A stretch of 64,000 bases of DNA from Entomortierella parvispora E1425. Taxonomy: Eukaryota; Fungi; Mortierellomycota. This document shows positions 35,135-48,400 of this stretch, one piece after another. The notes below the pieces were generated by a model, which was not told where the DNA came from, made no database searches, and worked only from the letters and a program-made list of their open reading frames with translations. The stretch is taken from contig BQFW01000015.1 of NCBI GenBank assembly GCA_020891255.1, forward strand, positions 744,001-808,000, read 5' to 3'. Positions within the stretch are counted from its first letter, which is position 1, and every line of letters starts with the position of its first letter. Both the position numbers and the translations under genes were made by a program.

Positions 35135-36519
35135 TCAATTGAGACAATTAACTGGAGGGTCAATTGACTCTCCTTAATATATTAAATAAATCTAGAATAA
35201 AATTAAGTGGAAAAAGAGACTGCCAAACGGCAGCCAATCAGCGATTTCTAGCGCTAAAAACGCGATTCTCGAACTTGCCGATCGATGCGTGGTATCTGCA
35301 TTCATCGTATATGCTATGGATCAGTCCAAGGTCACGCGGATTTCACTTTGCCACCAAATTTCTTTTTTTTTTGAAGCGCAAGGTTTCCTGCGTAAGTCGT
35401 TTAAGAAACTGGTTTTTCGCGACTGATGGTTGTGCGGCGCATGGACACAGAGAAAAACAGAGTCGGCTGTTAGCATCACCATTTCCCTCCTCTCTCTCTG
35501 TCTTTCTCTCTTTCCTCGCCACACCAAATCTTGTCAATCAACCCTCTATGAGGCAATACAAGCAGCGCTGTTGCAGTCCCTGGAAACAGTCCTTGGCAAG
35601 CACATGCAGCTCAACGATCGAAGCGTGACCAGGGCAAACTCACCCCTGTCTATTGCGCTTCATCCCCCTCCCTGGGCAGCTTTTCCTGTCTTGTTCTGGA
35701 TCCATCCGTCAGCACTGTTCTTTTTGTCTGCAGGGGCTGAGAAGGCGTCTCTGTTTGGTTCTGTTGGACAAACCTGTTTCTTGCACAAACACATTTTAGT
35801 GCACAACCTGAATTTTGTGTATGTGCCGACGATTGCGCAACACAGAACAGACCGAGAACGAACGTCGGGAAGTTTGATTCAAATAAGAATTGTTAAAGAT
35901 CACAGAAAAAAATCTCCTGAGCAGGCGACCAGAAGGGGTCCAACAGTCGGAGGAGAGGAAGGAAAGGTCCGCAGGAGAATATGCTGTCCCGAGGATTGTA
36001 TTCTATGCCAGATCGGGGTATGGGGTAGAGCAATGGATCGGTGACTACCTACGTCAACTGAAAATAATAATGACAACAGTCTACCATGGAGGTGGATAGC
36101 AGGGCCAACAGGTTGTCCCAGGTACTTCCTTTAAGAATATATCGAGTGCCTACACTGGGAAACAAGTTTGACGAACTTCCGTTTGGGGGTTCATTTGTTT
36201 GTTGACGTTGCGGGTTGACTGAACAATGAACCGACAAACATGGGTTGTCGTACCCTTGCCACACTCGATCGCTGTTGTGCGGAGCACAAAAGCCAAAAAG
36301 TGAATGTTGTATTCTTCTTACTTCATCCCTCTTTCTCTGCTGTTCCTCCCCTCATTCTGACCCTTGGCCACTTGCGACCTTCTTGCTCTTCCCTCCCACA
36401 TCCTCTGCTCGCTCCATCATTCCCCAAACGTCGCTACTGGAAAGCAGTTCTAGCCGTCAAACTAGCACTTCGCCTTCATTCCCAATCAAGCCGTCAATTT
36501 ATAGCCCACCAACACATCA

Positions 36520-38444
36520 ATGGCCTCCTCGACTTCCTCCGAGTCCACACGACAAGAGATCGCGCAAATGAAAGAGCAACAAGGCGCCTCCTCTTCTTCG
36601 GTTCACAGTGTAGACAGAGGCGGTAAAAGCGAAGTTTTAACTTCAGAAGATAACAAGCTCAGCGTCGATGGAAAAGAGGAGACGCACCATGCGATCGAGA
36701 TGGACACCTTGGACGCTGGTGACAGCCAAGGCGGCAAGAAGCCGCAGGTAGAGATTGGTCGTAGAGCCGCCGTCCTACTTTTCATTGGGTAGGGCTTTCG
36801 TCTCTATTCTCCACACCTGGAGAGACCTTGCAGCCCACACTTAGAGGGACCTTGCAGCACTGCCTCAAAAGTTCTCCTTGTCTGGCCACTCTTGTTTTGG
36901 TTTGCTCCACTGGTCTGAGTGCAGCCGTCGACTAAACTGTATAGTCTGATCCCCATTTTAGATTGGCAATGGCGTCGTTCTTGGCAAGTTTGGATGGAAC
37001 CATTATCGCGACCGCTTTGCCAAAGATCTCGTCCGACTTTAAGGCGCAGTCTCAGATGTCCTGGGTTGCTACCGCGTACTTGTTGACATTCAACGCTTTC
37101 CAGCCCCTCTATGGCAAATTCAGTGATATTTTTGGTCGAAAATCGGCCATCCTCTTTGCGGCCATTACGTTCATGGCCGGATCTGCTGGGGCTGGAGGTG
37201 CCAAATCCATGACCATGTTGATCGCCTTTCGCGCCATTCAAGGTCTTGGCGGGTCTGGCCTGTTGTCGATCGTGATGATTATCATTTCTGATATTTTCCC
37301 TTTGGAGGAGAGGCCAAAGTACCAGTTCATCATCTGGAGTGTCTTTGGTATTTCCTCTGTCATTGGCCCTTTACTCGGAGGTGTTTTTGTCCAACATGTT
37401 ACCTGGCGATGGTGTTTTTTGATCAACTTGCCTCTGGGAGTGATCACTATCGTCTCCGTAGTGATGTTTCTGCATCTGCCCTTTAAGCGACAGCGGCTGC
37501 AAGAGCAACTGGCCCGAATTGACTATTTGGGTACTTTCCTCATTATTGTGGCGGTCATTTGCTTGCTCTTGCCTATTACTTGGGGTGGAACAACCTACGC
37601 CTGGAACTCGGCTGTCATCATTGTCTTGTTCTGTGTTGCGGTTATTTTGATTGCCCTTTTGATCTGGGTCGAGTCCCGAGCAGTCGAAGCTATTATCCCA
37701 CCTCGTCTCTTCCTCAACAAGACCGTCTCTGTCCTCTTTGGCGTCAACTTTTTGACCGGAATGGGATTCCTTGGAGTCATCTTTTACTCGCCCATTTACT
37801 TTCAAGTCGTCAAGGGCGTCAGCGCCACTGCCTCAGGTCTTCATCTCTTGCCAATGGTTCTCGGTCTAGTCTTGGCTTCGATTGCCTCTGGAGCTGTGAT
37901 CGCAAAGGTCAAGGACTACAGAGTTTTCATCTGGGCAGGTACCACTTTGATGTCGATCGGCATTGGTCTTTGCATGTTGTTTAGCGCTACATCCAACATG
38001 GGACAGCAGATCGGGTTCTTGCTCATTGTGGGTTCCGGCATTGGTCTCATTCTCCAGACCTGTATGTTGGCCGCTCAAGCTGCCGTCGAAAAGGAGGACA
38101 TGGCTATCGTGACAGCACTGTGTGGCTTTTTTAACAGTATTGGGGGTGGTATCGGGATTGCCATGTGTTCGGCTCTGTTCAATAACCACTTGACGGCCAA
38201 TATTGCCAAACTGCCTCCGGATGCGCTTCAGGTAATCATGGAGTTCGACATTGAAGAGTCGATCACGGCTGTGCAGTTGTTGCCACCGGACGTGAAGGTT
38301 TTGGTAGTGGACGCCTATGTGGACACATTCCAATTTATCTTCAAGTGCCTTACACCCATTGCGTGCTCTGCATTCTTGCTCTCGCTCTTCATCCGCAAGT
38401 TGCGACTCTTGGACCCATCCGAGATCATCATGGGGGCTGCCTAG
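36520..38444 (+). CDS. MFS multidrug transporter, 14-TM DHA2/EmrB-like, 1 intron
   Basis: FLASLDGTIIATALPKI, PLYGKFSDIFGRK, FRAIQGLGGSG, WRWCFLINLPLG, RIDYLG; intron about 36789-36961. Confidence 0.92.
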
Positions 38445-38979
38445 ATGTATCTCGAAGTTTACAGCCTTCTGAAAAGAACCCGCATCGCAGATATCCTTTT
38501 AATAAATGAAGTGACTATTTTCACCCCAACCAACCAAAGCAGCAGAAAGAAGAGAGGGACGAGGAAAAAAACAAAAGAGACGCGTCTCGCGCTGGGCACG
38601 GGTGAAACACGCTCGTGGCAGTCACTTTTTTTTTTTTCTCTTGTTCGTTCCCGTCTCTACGCTCAGGTTTGACCCATGTGGAGCGTGCATTTGCGAGAGA
38701 CATTTCCTTTCCGTCCTTTCGTCCATTCCACTCATTACATCATCACCACGCTCACCCTCATTCACATCACCCCCGTCTGTCTTTTGTCTGCTTTCTGAAT
38801 TTCCTTCTGCCTTGCCTTCTTGTGCGTTACCGCCCATATCATCCGTGATCGATTCCGCCGATTCCATCGCGTCCTAGTCTGGTCGACTCTTTTATTTCCT
38901 ATCCGCCTCCTTCCTCTTTCTCTTGCCATTCAACAACAATCCGCCCAGATCTTTTCTTTCCACGCTCCCCTCCACCACC

Positions 38980-41900
38980 ATGTCCTTGTTCAACAAGTTT
39001 CTGGACAAAACCCTCCGCAAGAGGTCTGCATCAGGTCATGCCATGGAGACTGATCACGTCGAAGGTATCAAATGTAAAATGAAACCCTTTTTTTTCCTTT
39101 GAGTGGACACTTTGTTCATTTCCCATCGACGTATCCCAATGTGCTAAACCCGGATTCGGGTTTTCCACAAACCCCTTTTCCCACCAAGTTGTGCTCTTTT
39201 CTCTTCCTCTCCTTCCTTGTGTTTATAATCCACCTCCTTTAGGTTCCCCATTGGTACCTCCCATATCCTCGCATCCGATTCGGGGTGAAAACTTTTTACT
39301 TTTTTCTGTTCGATCATCTGGGGGGGGATGTGTATGACTAGGTCTTTTGAGCAAAAACAACACACGCGTTTCTTCCATGACTTCTTTTCGGTGTATGTTT
39401 CATCGTCGGATGTCCCTTCATGTCGTACCAATCTCTTTCCAAGCGTACAGTCAGGGTGGGTGAGAGACTGAAGGAGAGGAAAAAATCGGGAGAGTCAAAG
39501 ATACAAAAAAAGGGTCGAGGAGGATGAATGAAGAGCTCAAGGAGGCTAAGGGTCCTTTGAACAATCCCTCCTTCCCCCTATTCAAGGACAAAATATGATC
39601 TGGTCAGCAGAAATCTCTGCAATGCACACCGAGGCAAAGGGGAGAGGAGAGACTTGCAGTGGACCCTTGAGAGCCAACGTGCGCGCAGGTCCAGTCCATG
39701 ATGTCTCTGTCTACGATTGGCCCCTCTCCCCCCCAAAGAGCATTCACTTTTGTTGCGAGTTGACTGTTAAGAGTGCAGGTAATGAGGAAGGCGGTGTGGA
39801 TTTATAATAAGAACGACGAAAATATGAAGAGATGGACCGGTTTGTGCTGCCCGATTGTAGGATTGGAGAGAGGGAAAGTAGAGAGGGAGAGAGAGAGATA
39901 GAGAGAGAGAAGGAGGGGGGACGGAGTGCAGATCATCGTTTTCAGTGGTCCCCAATCTCCTCCGTTGGAGGGGAATTGAGAGCACAGAGGGTTCATTTCT
40001 TGGGGGAGATGGGCCATGCATTGGCCAACAGCCAATCTTGCGTCTTTGTTTGTGTGCCAAAGCGCCAATTCATTTGTTCAGTTTCCCGCCATTTTTCCAT
40101 TTTTTTTTCCCTTCAGAAATGCTGATTCCAACCGTCTATTGTTTCTTTCACCTTTTTCTAGCGTCCACAGAATCGAATGATCTGGGGCATGATGTGCAGC
40201 CACGGTATGAGTCTCGAGTTGGCTCCACAGGTGGTCTAAATGCCACGGCCTCGAATTCCGCCCCTGCCGCGACCACCATGAACGCAGCAGTCGCTAGCGG
40301 CGGCGGAAGCAATTACAACAACCTTGTTGCCGCCAGTTCTGGGGGCGGCATGGACGGGTCCAAGCCTGCCAGCGGCGGGTACTACAGCAGCACTGCGACA
40401 ACAGATTCTGGATATCAAGGTAAAGTTCAACGGCGTAAACGTGGGTGGCATGTTGTTATCCTCTTTCATCTTTCCCAATTTTTTTTTGCTGCCCCGCTCC
40501 AGAGTACTCATGACTGGGTACCGTTAAACACACCTGTTTTATCGTCGGGACTTTTCTTTCATCTTGCTCTTTTATCTTGTAACCTTGATGGACTCGAGAC
40601 AGCACCCTGTTTGGAAGGGATTGAAAACAAAACACCACGTTGACAAAAAAAGGGCGAATGGCAAGAGGGCGAGAATGGCCGTTCGTCCGTGGGACATCGC
40701 AGTGACAACACTATCCCTTTCCATTCCTTTTCTCATTTTTTTTGTTTATAAGTAAGGGCCTCGGCACGAAGGGTTTTGCTGTTAATTCTTGTATGGCGAA
40801 TGGCGTGGAAGGCAGGATTGGAATGGGATGGGGCTCTTGGAGATCAGGGTCAGTGTGTTGTTGCTGACCAAATACAGATGGGCAATGCATGAAACGGAGA
40901 GAAAAATGTCGATGCAGCCCGGCATGGGGCTCCATTCTCGGAGGATATGACTCTCCTGGTGAGGGCAGCGTGAGGTGATGGTGGGGATGGTGGCCAAGAT
41001 GAGAAGACAGTGAGAGTGAAGAGAGGGCGAGAGTGCATGCGAAAAGAGCGAGGCAGCGGCTGAAAGAGAACAGCGATCGAGGGAGCAAAAGGGGCGACCG
41101 CGACAAGGCGCTTTGTGTCCAGGTTCGAGTCGTGCGTCGTGTCGTGTTGTCTCGCTTCTTGCCTCTGTTCTTGTCTTCTTCTTCTTCCGCTCTTTTCTTC
41201 CTTTCCTCCCTTCTCCTTTCCTCATTGCCCTCTCTCTTCGCTACTGCTCCCGTGTCTTTCAGCATAAAAACTCATTTCGCCCCGATCTCATTCCTCTCTT
41301 TTCCCACTCTCTCTTCATTGTTTCCCCAGGTTCGAATCAATTCGTGGCCATCGACTATAACGCTCTCTACAACGAGCACGGGTTCAGCCACGACGACGCC
41401 GACGACATCAGGCGCGCATCCCTGCAGCTACAACAGGAGCAGCTACAGCAGCAGCTACAACAGCAGCAACAGCAGCAACAGCAACAACAACAGCAACAAG
41501 TCCCATCTGCCACCGTCAACAGTCCAAGTAATCTCTCATTGGACCGACTTCAATTGAATCAGCAGGCCGTCACCCCCGACTCATCGTTGCAGCAGAAACA
41601 GGCTCAAGTGCCAGCAGTACTGCAAACACAGACCGAGGGTATCCTATCCGTCCCAATGGTCTCTGCGAATGCCACCTCTCCTGGTCTCCAGGACCAAGAT
41701 CCACAGGTTTTGCAGCAACAGCAACAGCAACAGCTGCAGCAGCAACAGCAGCAAGAGCAGATGCAGCGTCAACTTTTAGAGCAGCAGAAAGCTTTCCAGC
41801 AGCAACAGCAACTCCAACAGCAACAACAGCAGCTCCAGCAGCAGCAATTGTTGGCTCAGCAGCAGCAAGCCCAGAGACTTGCTCAACAACAGCAGCAGCA

Positions 41901-43611
41901 GATCCCACAGATCCCTCAACAACAGATCCAACAACCATCAACGCAAATACAGCAACAACAGCTCCAGCAGCAGCAATTACAGCAACAACAACAACAAAGA
42001 CAAGCGCAACCACAACAGCAGGCCCAGCAAACGACAACGCGTCGCAAATTTAACCTGGATGATTTCCGGATCCATCGAACACTCGGGACAGGATCCTTTG
42101 GTCGTGTGCACTTGGTCCAGTCACGGTTCAACTCTCGGTTCTACGCAATGAAGGTCCTCAAGAAGACAGAGGTGGTCCGACTGAAGCAGGTTGAGCATAC
42201 CAACAACGAAAAGATGATTCTGGAAAGGGTGGAACATCCTTTCTTGATCAATCTCTGGGGCACCTTCCAGGATGTCCGAAACTTGTACATGGTCATGGAC
42301 TATGTTGTCGGAGGAGAGCTGTTTTCAGTCCTGCGCAAGAGTCAGGTATGTCTGTGCATTTTGTCTTTTTTTTCTTTTTTTCTTTCCAAGATGGTCAAGC
42401 GTCGTCATTGCTTGTGTTCCTTGGAGTTTGATCTGGACTCTGTTTGGAAGGGGTTGATGAGGTGATTGATGATCTAAACCAGACGTTGGGCGCTGGGTAG
42501 CGGTTGGGAGGTCATCGCGGAACAACATCAACTAAAACAACAGCAAAAAAGAGATCAGATCATCATGTTCGGTTTGTTTACAAGAGTGGTCCTTTTTTTG
42601 CATGAATGCACTCTTTCTCGGCGGTGATGTTTCGAACGCGATTTATATTTCATGCCCGCCTACGCCTACGGATCGGTCTGGTCCAAGCCCACAAACCACC
42701 ATAGGCCAAAGAAAAAGCTGCATGAAATTGGGCGGGAACTTGAAATTTTTTATTTGGTCGAGCCACATGTGCCCCATGGCGCAAGGAAGGGGGACATGGG
42801 GTTTGCGGGGCTTTTGTGGGAATGTGAGAGCAGTTGAGGAGAGCGTGATCTGGCTGTTTTCAGTTTTGAGTTGTTATTTTTAGGCCAAGCGCGTCATGAT
42901 CGTCATACTTGTTCCTCACTCCTTCCTTCCTTCGCCTATTCTTTCTAGCGATTCCCTGAGCATGTCGCACGCTTCTACACTTGCGAGGTCTTACTCGCCC
43001 TTGAGTACTTGCACTCACATGCCGTCATCTACCGTGATCTCAAGCCAGAGAATTTATTGTTGGACTCTATGGGTCACATCAAAATCACAGATTTTGGTTT
43101 TGCAAAGCATGTTCCTCAGAACATGACTTTTACGCTATGCGGAACGCCTGATTACCTTGCCCCAGAGATTATTCAGTCCAAAGGATACGGAAAGGCCGTG
43201 GATTGGTGGTCGATGGGTGTGCTGATGTTTGAAATGGTGGCCGGATTCCCTCCATTCTTTGACGAGGATCATATCAAGCTGTACGGCAAGATCATGGCTG
43301 GCAAGGTCAAGTACCCGTCCCATTTCCAGCCGGCACTCAAAGATCTTTTGAAGAGATTGTTGACCGCGGATTTGACCAAGCGATACGGTAACTTGAGAGG
43401 AGGTGCTACGGATATCAAGAGCCATCCTTGGTTCGAAGGTGTGAACTGGGATCAAGTGTACGCTCGTCAGATCGAAGCGCCCTATCGGCCGACGATCATG
43501 GGCGAGGGTGATGCCAGTAACTTTGACGATTACCCTGAAGATGCAGAGCAGTATGGTGTCTACCCAGCAGGCGAACAAGATGAGCTGGGCTCGTACTTCC
43601 CAGGATTCTAA
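38980..43611 (+). CDS. cAMP-dependent protein kinase catalytic subunit with polyQ N-terminal region, 4 exons
   Basis: [51 protein letters not shown]. Exons about 38980-39064, 40161-40419, 41330-42345, 42949-43611. Confidence 0.92.
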
Positions 43612-43953
43612 GCTACCAGGATCACTCTTGGTGGTCGTATATTTATTGCTGTAGCTCCCTTATTGTTTTTTGTTCAATTAGTTATGTTTATTGTCACCTA
43701 CGTCATTTCTGTATTTTGTCTGCCATTTTCCCTGCACCTATTATTGCATTTTGTTGAAATAACATATTGTTTTTTCCATTGTTTTTTATGCCTCGCTGAG
43801 ACCTTTGGGCTTTGGGATGGAAGCAGAAAGCTGTGCATGTTCTGACAAGATATATTGTAGCGTTTTATGAGGGAGAATGTCTATGCTTAGGGGGAGTGAA
43901 TTGTAATCGTAGGTAAGGTGTTGCAGATCCTGAGGTCGGTATGAATAATACAA

Positions 43954-44705
43954 TTAGAACATCTTTCCAACGACCTTGTATCCTTTGGTGGCACGGGTAC
44001 GTTGGTAGCCTTCTGCTGGAATAGGGCCGAGCATGTTCTCGACCTTGACCAGCTCCTTGACCTTCAAGATTTTTCCTGCAGCTGCTGGGTTGTGAGGCTG
44101 GAAGACGGGGCGTCCAATTCTGCGACCGAGACCAAGAGATTTGAGAACTGTTGGTTTTTTGATCCATGATGTGTGTTCGTTTTTGTAGAGTTCCGTTTTC
44201 AAAATTCCAGACAAGATCAAGACGTCGTAATATTCGTAATAAGTGCCGGAGAAGTTGATAATAAAAGTCCAGATAGTTTCCATGTTGTTCCAATGGTCCA
44301 AGACAATGATCCAGTCAGAGGTAAAAGGTAGAGTAAAAAATCATCCGATACATCAAAGGTGTATGGTAGTGTGTTGCATAAAAAAGGGAAAAAAGAAAAA
44401 GAAAAAGAAAAGGAATAGTCAGAATAGATAGCCTTGATCTCAGTCAGAACATCATGGTTGCTGTTATAGCTATCAAAGAACAAGGAAAGGCCGTGTCTTT
44501 GGATTAGCGAGTAGAGCAGTCTGACATTACCTTTGATGGTAGACTTGGGGACACCAATCAAGGAGCGGGTCTGGGTGACCTTGTAGTATCCTGGTGCAGC
44601 AGCTGCGGCACTCTCTGTTGTTGAGGTGGTGTATGTCCGGACAGCAGCAGCCGAGGATGTGAGAGAGGGTCTGATGGCGGTGAGGATCCTTGAGACGGAC
44701 GACAT
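43954..44705 (-). CDS. Mitochondrial ribosomal protein uL30m (yeast MRPL33-like), 1 intron
   Basis: Spliced YYKVTQTRSLIGVPKSTIK|VLKSLGLGRRIGRPVF...AAGKILKVKELVKVE; presequence MSSVSRILTAIRPS. Confidence 0.85.
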
Positions 44706-44960
44706 GATTGTGGTATGAGAACTGTGTGTGTGAATGAATGGAATGAATGCTGATCAAACAAAAAGATCGATCGGAGAGAGAGAGAGAGGGCGAGATGGAC
44801 CGTTAAGGGTGTAAGGTCCGACCGAGCAAAGGTTGATTCACACCCTTAAGTGGGCAACAAAATGAAAGATGGGACGCCCGCTTTCTTTTTTTTCTTCGCG
44901 GGAGTGAGTCCCCTGACTGCACTGATGGCACACTGATGGGCACACTGGCACACTGCACAC

Positions 44961-44962
<2 letters not shown>

Positions 44963-44992
<30 letters not shown>
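44963..44992. repeat. (CA)n microsatellite in the uL30m/ADE3 divergent intergenic region
   Basis: acacacac... run. Confidence 0.9.
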
Positions 44993-44993
<1 letters not shown>

Positions 44994-45480
44994 CACACAG
45001 CAGAGAAAGGAAAGGAACACTGATCACCCTCTCTCTCTTCCTGATCAAACCCTCTTCTGCAGTCCGTCTAGTCGACGCATCAACGCAATCAACGCTCTCC
45101 TCAAATCACGATCAGAGCCGATCTGCATGAAGATCTTTACCCGCCTCTCCCTCTCGCCTCTTCCGTCGTCGTCGTCGTCGTCTCGTTCTCTTTGTCCATC
45201 CGTCCATCGGCCTCCTTCTTTGACTTGTTCTACCCCGCGTTCGTTCGTCCTCGGCTGCCCCCGCTCGCTCTCCCTCCAGCCAAAGGCTAAATCCTCGTGC
45301 ACTTTTGCTTCTTCCTCTCCCTCTCCTTCTTCTTTCTCTTCTTCTCTTGCTCCTCTTTCTCACGCCACCCTCTTCCTCCTCCCCCGTTCATCCAAAGGCT
45401 CCGTCCACATTCTCTCCCGATCCTCTTTTCACTCCTCCACCCTCCACTCCTCTTCAAAGCACCGCTCTCACGCTAACAAA

Positions 45481-48400
45481 ATGGCCAAAGTCATCGATGG
45501 AAAGGCCATTGCCCAGTATGTCTCATGCGTCTACTGTTTTTATGCTTCGCTATGCTCTCTTCTCTAATCAGGCGGCAGGGCCACTTTATTCAAAAGAGTC
45601 AACAATTGGCTAACAGGCTCCTTATCCTTCCCCGTTTGTTCAACGTAGAAACCTTCGCAACGACATCAAGTCGCAAATCCAGGAGATGCAAAAGAGTGTC
45701 CCTCACTTCCTCCCCAAGCTCTCAATCATCCAGGTTGGCGCCCGTGAGGACTCGAGTGTCTACGTCAACATGAAGCGCAAGGCCGCCAAGGAGGTAATCA
45801 TTCTAACCGCCGGCAGACACTGGATCGTATCTTCAATACTGGTGGCTCGGAGGAACGTCAGGGTGTATCTCGCTTCCTCGCCGCCGAGAGCTGAAGCGGA
45901 GAAGACCGTTGGGATTGGTTCTTTTATTGTGGTTCCGATTCTCACGAGCGCCTCTTTTCATAATCTGGGGAAGCTGATCGAAAAAAATAACATCTCAAAC
46001 TTACCCTGTCGTTCTTTGGCGATTCGTACCTAGGCCGGAATGGACTTTGAGCTCTTCCACTTGCCCCCTACCATCAGCCAGTTCGAGTTGCTGTCCAAGG
46101 TCCACGCTTTGAACAACGACCCCAAGGTCCACGGAATTCTTGTCCAGCTCCCTCTTCCTGATCATTTGGATGACAGACTTGTCACTGAGGCCATTGACCC
46201 CAAGAAGGATGTTGACGGGTGAGAACCAACACACGATGAAAAAAAAAGCAAGGAAAGCGCTATCGAGGGGACGGCGCTATGGAGAGGGCTCCAAAAAAAA
46301 GGAGTCAATCTAAACTGACAAACCGCTTATATGAAAAACGGATAGCTTCCACGCCATCAACATTGGTCATCTGTCCAAGCGTGCCTCCGAGCCCGCATTC
46401 ATTCCTTGCACCCCCAAGGGTGTGATTGAGCTCATCAAGTCAACTGGCGTTGCCATGTCCGGAAAGAAGGCCGTCGTCGTTGGTCGCAGTGACATTGTCG
46501 TAAGTTTCTTTCTTCACGGGATCAATTCTAGGAGGACTTGACTGGAGCTTGATTGGACAAGCAGGCTAACAAAAAAAAACCCCCCCTCCCCAATGTGTGG
46601 TGTGCGCGGCTCTTTTTTTATTTTTTCCCAGGGTACCCCTGTCTTTAGCTTGTTGACCAAGAACAACTGCACGGTGACGCTTTGCCACTCTAGAACTGTC
46701 AACTTGCCCGAGATTGTCAAGACTGCCGATATCCTCGTTGTTGCAATCGGAAGCGCAGAGTTTGTCAAGGGTGAATGGATCAAGGATGGCGCAGTGGTCA
46801 TTGATGTTGGTACCAACGCTGTCGAGGGTACGTTACTTTGGATTGATCGACTCGTGGGAACAGAATCATAACGTTTGCATTTTTCCCGCGGTGAACACAA
46901 CAGCGCGTTGGCTCACAGAATGTTAACATCCCAAACTGTTTCCATTTTTGGAACATGCTCCTTGATCTAGATGCAACCAAGAAGGCTGGTATCCGTTGGG
47001 TTGGAGATGTCGAGTATCAGGCTGCCTCCGTCCATGCCAGTCATATTACTCCCGTCCCTGGTGGAGTTGGCCCGATGACCGTTGCAATGTTGATGCAGAA
47101 CACCTACCTCTCTGCTATCCGCTTCTTGAACGAGGGTCGCCAGAGAGCCATTGTCCCACTTCCTTTGGAGTTGCTCGAGCCTGTGCCAAGTGATATCGCC
47201 ATTGCTTTGGCTCAAAAGCCCAAGCCCATCAAGTTTATCGCCGAGGAGCTGGGTCTCTTGCCCAGTGAGGTAAAAATGACTGACAATCTGCCCCAGCCCA
47301 AAGGCTCACCATGTGATTTTGACTTTTGTTTCTTGACGGTTTCTAATTCCGTGTAATCTCTTTTACAGCTCGAGTTGTACGGAGAGTACAAGGCTAAGGT
47401 CAGCCTGGATATCCTGGAGCGTCTTGATCACCGCAAGAACGGTCGCTATGTCGTCGTTACTGGTATCACTCCCACTCCTTTGGGCGAGGGCAAATCTACT
47501 ACCACCGTCGGATTGGTTCAGGCTTTGGGTGCTCATTTGAACAAGATTGCTTTCGGATGTGTCCGTCAGCCTTCTCAGGGACCTACTTTCGGAATCAAGG
47601 GAGGCGCCGCTGGAGGTGGATACTCTCAGGTCATTCCCATGGACGAGTTCAACTTGCACTTGACGGGTGATATTCACGCTGTCACTGCCGCCAACAACTT
47701 GCTCGCTGCTGCCATTGATGCTCGCATGTTCCACGAGAACACTCAGACGGACAAGGCTCTCTTCAGCCGTCTCTGCCCCACCAAGAAGGGCAAGCGCGTC
47801 TTTGCTCCCGTCATGTTGGGTCGCTTGCAGCGCTTGGGTATCCAAAAGACTGACCCTGCCGATTTGACTCCTGAGGAGGTCTCCCGTTTCGCTCGTTTGG
47901 ATATTGACCCCGCCACCATCACTTGGCAGCGCGTCATGGATACCAACGACCGTTTCTTGCGCAAGATCGAGATTGGACGTAACGACACTGAGGCTGGCCA
48001 TGAGCGCATGACTGGATTCGATATTGCTGTCGCTTCTGAGGTCATGGCCGTTTTGGCCCTCAGCACTGATCTGAAGGACATGCGTGAGCGGTAAGTTATT
48101 CAGTTTGACGATTTCGTTTTGTTTTGTAATTCCACTGCTAATGGTCTCTTATTCTTCTCAACGCGGTTTATAGTCTCGGAAAGATGGTTGTTGCCAGCAG
48201 CAAGGGTGGCGAGCCAGTCACCGCTGATGATATTGGTATTGGTGGTGCCTTGACCGTTTTGATGAAGGACGCTATCAAGCCCAACGTGATGCAGACCTTG
48301 GAGGGTACTCCCATGTTTGTGCACGCTGGTCCTTTTGCCAACATTGCTCACGGAAACAGCTCCATCATTGCTGACCGCATTGCCCTCAAGTTGGCCGGTA

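Larger units (their letters stand above)
27734..35258. mobile_element. Putative MULE DNA transposon carrying a PIN-Fanzor cargo gene; ends uncertain
   Basis: Divergent transposase and PIN-Fanzor genes inserted between NDUFS2 and the MFS gene. Only a 13-bp inverted match (tttagcgctagaa / ttctagcgctaaa) marks possible ends; no TSD seen. Confidence 0.55.

Noticed and set aside
35430-36264. ORFs between the MULE and the MFS gene
   Set aside because: No recognisable domain; overlapping short ORFs on both strands.
44150-44530. Possible intronic box C/D snoRNAs in the ~380-nt uL30m intron (ATGATG...CTGA, GGATGATT...CTGA)
   Set aside because: C boxes are imperfect, C-to-D spacing is only ~25-35 nt, and I could not match the antisense stretches to rRNA/snRNA from memory; would need snoscan/Infernal.
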